Assembly (NCBI RefSeq): GCF_000018105.1
Contig: NC_009925.1
Location: 6,120,001-6,152,000 of the forward strand
Origin: Acaryochloris marina MBIC11017
GTDB lineage: Bacteria; Cyanobacteriota; Cyanobacteriia; Thermosynechococcales; Thermosynechococcaceae
DNA length: 32,000 nucleotides
Direction of reading: 5' to 3'
The notes beneath the pieces were generated by a model, which saw only the letters and a program-made list of their open reading frames with translations, had not been told where the DNA came from and did no database searches. A program made the translations under genes and the position numbers. Positions 27,873-32,000 of the stretch are shown piece by piece (positions within the stretch are counted from its first letter, which is position 1; each line of letters starts with the position of its first letter).

Positions 27873-28013
27873 CTGTAAATCGCAAAGTCTTTATTGTCAC
27901 CAGCTAGGTTGTTCTCATTAAACACTGCAAAGATTGTTCCAACCCTATCAATACATTGGGGAAATTAAGAGTACTGAACAGACTAAATACTGATTCACCA
28001 AAGCCTAAAATTA

Positions 28014-28421
28014 ATGATGCCTGATATTTTTGACTATATTTTGGGAGATAGATATATCCTTCCTCTCCTTGCCTTAACTGTGGTTAGTTTTTTACTTTCA
28101 GTTCAGCATTTTTATAACACCAATACTGATAATTCCGAATATCAGTCTAGTCATTCAAGTCAAGCTGCATCCGAAACTAAAACGCAATCCAAGGGAGGCT
28201 GGAAAATTAACTTATTGTTTATCGCTGGTGGCTTGTTTTACCTCAGAGTAGTCGGTAATTTAGTGGGTTTTTCTCGTGCAGACTTTTACCTGGACGAAGA
28301 CGGTTTGAGTGGGAAAGCTGGCCTTCTATTGATTAGTGGTTACTACGTAGTTATATTCTTTATTATTCTCGCTAGAAGAGCTGGTGAATGGCTTAGCAAA
28401 AGATTAAACAATCAAACATAA
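28014..28421 (+). CDS. Hypothetical membrane protein (135 aa, about three TM segments)
   Basis: The ORF has hydrophobic helices (ILPLLALTVVSFLLSV, INLLFIAGGLFYLRVVGNLVGF, LLLISGYYVVIFFIILA). I recognise no family. Confidence 0.5.
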   Translation: MMPDIFDYILGDRYILPLLALTVVSFLLSVQHFYNTNTDNSEYQSSHSSQAASETKTQSKGGWKINLLFIAGGLFYLRVVGNLVGFSRADFYLDEDGLSGKAGLLLISGYYVVIFFIILARRAGEWLSKRLNNQT

Positions 28422-28439
28422 TGTTGCTCTTCTAAATGC

Positions 28440-28617
28440 CTTTGTTGCATGAATCGAGTAAAGGTTACATGCACTACCTCTGCCCTGTATCCTTAAATCA
28501 ACCCAAACAGTATCAGGTTTGGCAATCTGAATCAGTCGATTGAGTACTGCACACTGCAGCAATAACTCAGTGGCTTTAGCTCACGCCTTATCCGCAGCAC
28601 CTATTCATGCAACAAAG
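28440..28617. repeat. 178-bp segment bounded by 15-bp perfect inverted repeats (MITE-like element or long stem structure)
   Basis: CTTTGTTGCATGAAT at 28440-28454 is the exact reverse complement of ATTCATGCAACAAAG at 28603-28617. The segment lies between two convergent genes. An internal palindrome CTGCA-CAC-TGCAG is also present. Confidence 0.5.
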
Positions 28618-28625
28618 CCCAAGTG

Positions 28626-29234
28626 CTATTCAGTTCCACCTTCTGGGACTGGAACCATTGGCGGTGTCGTTGGTGTCCCTTGAGGGTCGTTTGGGGACAT
28701 GGGTTCAACCGGCGTAGTATTATCTGGTGTCATGGTTTCTGGAGGATTAGGGACTTCTTCTGGGGCGGTCATTGTTCCATCGGGTTGTGCCGCCCCTCCT
28801 TCTGTCGGTTCATCCATATCATCTGTGGATGAACTGTCTACTGGAGCCTCTTCTGACTCGGTATCAGAAGAATCCATCTCAGGAACAGTGGAATCCTCAG
28901 GTTCTGAATTTTCGGGCTCGACACTTTCAGGTGTATCTGCAGCCCCTTCTAAGTCGGATGTATCGTCAGATGGTGGAACAGTATCGGATTGACTAGTTCC
29001 TGAGCAACGAGAGTTGAGCGGGAAGTTTTTACAGAGGATTTTCATTACCTCAGGAGAAAGTTCCTCTTCCTGGGTTTCGCTCTCATCGACTTGTGCAACA
29101 TGGGTATTCGCACTGGCTAAACCTGTGGTTGAAGAAGGTGTGTCAGCTAGTGCAGGTAAACTTGCCATCAGACTAGACATACCAACAACTGTTGAAACCA
29201 GCTGAATGGGAAATTGAGATTTAAAATATTTCAC
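28626..29234 (-). CDS. Secreted acidic Ser/Thr/Pro/Glu/Asp-rich low-complexity protein
   Basis: I prefer the GTG start at 29234..29232, preceded by GAAGGA. This gives (M)KYFKSQFPIQLVSTVVGMSSLMASLPALA|DT, which is signal-peptide-like. The mature part has a Cys pair (ILCKNFPLNSRC) followed by ~150 aa of acidic, Pro-rich sequence. The ORF-track TTG at 29315 would add 27 residues with no signal character. Confidence 0.6.
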   Translation of the reverse strand: MKYFKSQFPIQLVSTVVGMSSLMASLPALADTPSSTTGLASANTHVAQVDESETQEEELSPEVMKILCKNFPLNSRCSGTSQSDTVPPSDDTSDLEGAADTPESVEPENSEPEDSTVPEMDSSDTESEEAPVDSSSTDDMDEPTEGGAAQPDGTMTAPEEVPNPPETMTPDNTTPVEPMSPNDPQGTPTTPPMVPVPEGGTE

Positions 29235-29494
29235 AAGAATTCCTTCGCCTTCGTAGGCAGAACAATAGTTGGGGCGTAGGATGCTGTCCCTTATTGGTAG
29301 GACGATAGAGGACAAATACGATCCAGGTTGTGATGGATTATTGCTGGTAAATCAAATGGGGATATTGATTTGCACAGTATTCAATTACCAAAGTAGGTTA
29401 AGGGTTATGGATGGCTTCTCCTACGATGGCGCAGCAAGTTAGGCTGGTCACCAGACTAATGCCACGTCAGTTGAAAGTTGGCTAATGAGGGTTC

Positions 29495-29752
29495 CTAAGG
29501 AGATGGTTCGTCAGAATTTTCAGGCGAGTTTTCTCCACCATCAGGAGAAAGTGGTACATCAGAAGCAGGTGTTTCCTCTTGAATAGAGGGGGATGCCTCA
29601 TCTTCTGATTGATTAAGTTCTGCCCCCCCTTGAGGAGACTCACCTTGGTTGACAGGGGGGGCAGGGATCTCTCGATTAGCCGTTTCACATGCACCTAAAA
29701 CAGATGCCAATACCATCATCAAAAAAAGAGGGATAAGTCTAAGTTTCATCAT
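29495..29752 (-). CDS. Small acidic lipoprotein (85 aa)
   Basis: AGGAGG lies 6 nt upstream of the ATG. The signal peptide MMKLRLIPLFLMMVLASVLGAC has the lipobox L-G-A-C. The mature part is Glu/Pro/Ser-rich, like the neighbouring 28626..29234 product. Confidence 0.65.
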   Translation of the reverse strand: MMKLRLIPLFLMMVLASVLGACETANREIPAPPVNQGESPQGGAELNQSEDEASPSIQEETPASDVPLSPDGGENSPENSDEPSP

Positions 29753-29901
29753 GGATACCTCCTGACAAAACTACTGGATAGCAGTCTTGGTATATGGGCT
29801 ATATCTCAGAGCCTACGAGGCAAAGGTGAATAATGTGAGAATTTATTTTGAACTCTTAAATTTGTTCAACGGAACCCATACCAAAACTACAGTGGTTTTC
29901 G

Positions 29902-30110
29902 CTATCTAGAGTGACGTTTGATGACCTGAAAGCCGCAGTTTTCGTACAAACGATTTGCGCTATTTAGGTTTCCGTTATTGACTTCTACGATAGACTCAAC
30001 CAGGCCTACTCCTTTGAATACTTCAACTTAAAGAAGAACAAAGCTATCGCCAGCCTAAGTCGGCATCAAAGGCGACGAACACTTAAAAATTCCGTGAAGT
30101 TGCGTGGTGA
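29902..30110 (-). pseudogene. Decayed GNAT-family N-acetyltransferase fragment
   Basis: The minus-strand frame 30027..29905 reads VEVFKGVGLVESIVEVNNGNLNSANRLYENCGFQVIKRHSR, then a stop at 29904..29902. This is the typical GNAT C-terminal motif (V..N..A..LYE..GF). Immediately upstream the frame is broken by TAA (complement of 30028-30030). Only shifted fragments such as LRLAIALFFF remain, with further stops. Confidence 0.45.
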
Positions 30111-30177
30111 TCATATGTTGTGTTCGAGGCTGATGAACTAATCTGGTCTACCATTGGGTCGATGGCTAGCTATAGTT

Positions 30178-31660
30178 CAATGGCACTGACTTAAGAAGTC
30201 AGGAAAAAGCTACAAGTCTTGATAGATATAGGATCAAGACTTGCACGCCATAAACTTCTGCCTTTCACTATGTCTGAGTCAGCCGAAATTCTCAAGCAGC
30301 AATTTTCCCAAAGCCTGGGTTTACCGTGGACAGATATCCTTCCAGCCTCAAGGTTAGAGGAACTCCTGAAAGAAGAAGCATTCTCCTATCGCAACCGGAT
30401 ATATAGCCCCATCGTTACGCTGTGGGCCATGCTTTACCAAGTGCTATCAGCCGATAAAAGCCTTCGTAACACAGTCAAATGCATCACGACTTGGCTCACA
30501 GCGGCTGGCATCCAACCGCCCTCATCTGATACCGGAGCCTACAGCAAAGCCAGAAGTCGCTTTCCAGAGTCACTGTTGCAACGTTTAATTCCCGAAAGCG
30601 CTGAGTGCTTAGCGCAACCCCTCTCCCCAGAGCACCTCTGGTGTGGTCGGCCCGTCAAGGTCTACGACGGAACCACCGTGTTGATGGCTGATAGTGCGGC
30701 CAACCAAGCATCATATCCACAACATGGCAATCAAACAGCAGGCTGTGGTTTTCCCATCGCTCGCTTGGTAGTGTTCTTCTGTTTGGTTACCGGTGCAGTG
30801 GCGTCAGCTTGTATTGCCTCCTGGGACACCAGTGAAATTGTCATGAGTCGTTTGCTCTATCAAGACCTTGAGGTCGGTGATGTGGTCATGGCGGACCAAG
30901 CTTATGGCAGCTATGTTGATCTAGCCATCATTCAACAACACAGGGCTGATGGAGTGTTGCGTAAACATCATGCTCGCAAGACTGATTTCCGCAAAGGCAA
31001 CAAGCATGGCATTGGTGATCATCAGGTGACATGGCATAAGCCAGCCCAACGGCCTGAGCACATGAGTGAGCAAGATTTTGCCCTGATTCCTCAAACATTG
31101 GTCGTTAGAGAGGTGTGTTTGCGCTTATCCCTTAAGGGCTTTCGCGACCAGCACATTATTGTGGTGACGACGCTGCTGGATGCTCAACGCTACAGCGCTG
31201 GGCAACTGACTCGCTTGTATGGCTGGCGTTGGCCAGTGGCGGAAGTCAATCTGCGCCATCTCAAAACCACCTTAAAAATGGAGATGCTCAGTGCCAAAAC
31301 TCCGGATATGGTGCGCAAGGACATTTGGGTACATTTGTTGGGCTATAACCTACTCAGAAGTCTCATGGAACTTGCGGCACCGCTAGCAGATAATGCTAGA
31401 ACTCAACTGTCTGTGCAAGGAGCACGACAACACTTCAATCAGATGCTTGCTTTGTTGGCGACAGCCAACCGTGCGACCAGAAAGCGGTTGTTTACTCATC
31501 TACTTGAGACCATGGCAGCCGATCTATTACCCTCTCGACCGAATCGGCACGAACCGAGAGTCGTCAAACGCAGACCCAAATCTTTCCCGCGAATGCGACA
31601 ACCTCGCTCTGCTCTCAAAGCTAAGCTAGCTGTTTGATTGAGCTTAAGTCAGTGCCATTG
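30178..31660 (+). mobile_element. IS4-family insertion sequence (1483 bp) with a 10-bp target-site duplication
   Basis: Perfect 18-bp terminal inverted repeats CAATGGCACTGACTTAAG lie at 30178-30195 and, as the reverse complement, at 31643-31660. Direct repeats AGCTATAGTT flank the element at 30168-30177 and 31661-31670. Confidence 0.9.
30219..31637 (+). CDS. IS4-family DDE transposase, apparently intact
   Basis: The 472-aa ORF fills the IS. Its motifs are VYDGTTVLMAD, VVMADQAYGSY and YGWRWPVAEVNLRHLKTTLKM (the Y-(2)-R-(3)-E-(6)-K block of the IS4 family). Confidence 0.85.
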   Translation: MIDIGSRLARHKLLPFTMSESAEILKQQFSQSLGLPWTDILPASRLEELLKEEAFSYRNRIYSPIVTLWAMLYQVLSADKSLRNTVKCITTWLTAAGIQPPSSDTGAYSKARSRFPESLLQRLIPESAECLAQPLSPEHLWCGRPVKVYDGTTVLMADSAANQASYPQHGNQTAGCGFPIARLVVFFCLVTGAVASACIASWDTSEIVMSRLLYQDLEVGDVVMADQAYGSYVDLAIIQQHRADGVLRKHHARKTDFRKGNKHGIGDHQVTWHKPAQRPEHMSEQDFALIPQTLVVREVCLRLSLKGFRDQHIIVVTTLLDAQRYSAGQLTRLYGWRWPVAEVNLRHLKTTLKMEMLSAKTPDMVRKDIWVHLLGYNLLRSLMELAAPLADNARTQLSVQGARQHFNQMLALLATANRATRKRLFTHLLETMAADLLPSRPNRHEPRVVKRRPKSFPRMRQPRSALKAKLAV

Positions 31661-31662
31661 AG

Positions 31663-32000
31663 CTATAGTTTATTCGCTCTTTCTAGCCAGTCTTTGGCAC
31701 TGGAGGAATCGCCCTGCTGTTGGTAAAGCTTTGCCACCTGACGATAATCCGCTTTTGCTCCTGCACGTTGCCCTGCTTTTTCTCTGGCGCTGCCGCGCAT
31801 GATAAACCAAGACGTTTGAAAGGGCTGTAATTCGATCATCTTGGTATAGTCCGCAATGGCTTCAACATAGCGTTTCTGCTTCTCATACAGTTGCCCACGA
31901 CTCATATAAACCGACGTATCGTTCGGTTTAAGGGTTTGCAGCTGACCATAGGCCGCAATCGCCCCCTCAAGATCATTCTGGTCTTCACTCAGGGACGCAA
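31663..32000 (-). CDS. TPR-repeat protein, C-terminal part; the 5' end lies beyond the window
   Basis: The minus-strand frame is open from position 32000 (..ASLSEDQNDLEGAIAAYGQLQTLKPNDTSVYMSRGQLYEKQKRYVEAIADYTKMIELQP..AKADYRQVAKLYQQQGD..). It shows the 34-residue TPR periodicity (A..Y......P). The ORF-track start at M 31905 is an internal Met. The stop TAG is the complement of 31663-31665. Confidence 0.75.
   Translation of the reverse strand, partial: ASLSEDQNDLEGAIAAYGQLQTLKPNDTSVYMSRGQLYEKQKRYVEAIADYTKMIELQPFQTSWFIMRGSAREKAGQRAGAKADYRQVAKLYQQQGDSSSAKDWLERANKL

Noticed and set aside
28623-29205. Several plus-strand ORFs (28623..28832, 28699..28992, 28772..28996, 29014..29205)
   Set aside because: All are mirror-image frames of the low-complexity acidic gene on the minus strand. 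Only the minus-strand frame has a signal peptide and a plausible ribosome-binding site.
24323-31660. Possible composite transposon formed by the two IS elements around hdc
   Set aside because: The two elements have unrelated terminal repeats (CTGACTTTTCACGGTAA versus CAATGGCACTGACTTAAG) and clearly different transposases. Each has its own intact target duplication, so they are independent insertions.

Overview
This window looks like a cyanobacterial chromosome segment. Evidence: a psbD photosystem II gene, a ycf46/ycf35-type operon, sucrose synthase, and repeated HIP1 octamers (GCGATCGC).

Positions 1-20.4 kb are mostly core genes. They hold a partial IS110 transposase at the left edge, an ABC transporter pair, a small-ORF/tmk/holB operon, a PepSY-like membrane protein plus a lipase-like hydrolase, an orphan psbD, a protelomerase-like tyrosine recombinase, sucrose synthase, an RHH/ycf46/ycf35 operon, surE, a PAS-GGDEF cyclase and ggt.

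Positions 20.4-32 kb look accessory. I found no HIP1 site there. This part contains an AT-richer NACHT (STAND) NTPase transcribed divergently from a cyanobacteria-type sigma-70-like gene, and two unrelated IS4-family insertion sequences whose target-site duplications can be read directly. It also contains a histidine decarboxylase fused to two ACT domains, a decayed GNAT fragment, two secreted acidic low-complexity proteins and a partial TPR gene.

The best candidate for an undescribed system is the NACHT plus sigma-like pair with its repeat-bearing shared intergenic region. The second candidate is the chromosomal protelomerase-like recombinase, for which I found no nearby palindromic target.

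All calls rest on hand translation, motif recognition and the supplied ORF track. No database search was possible.
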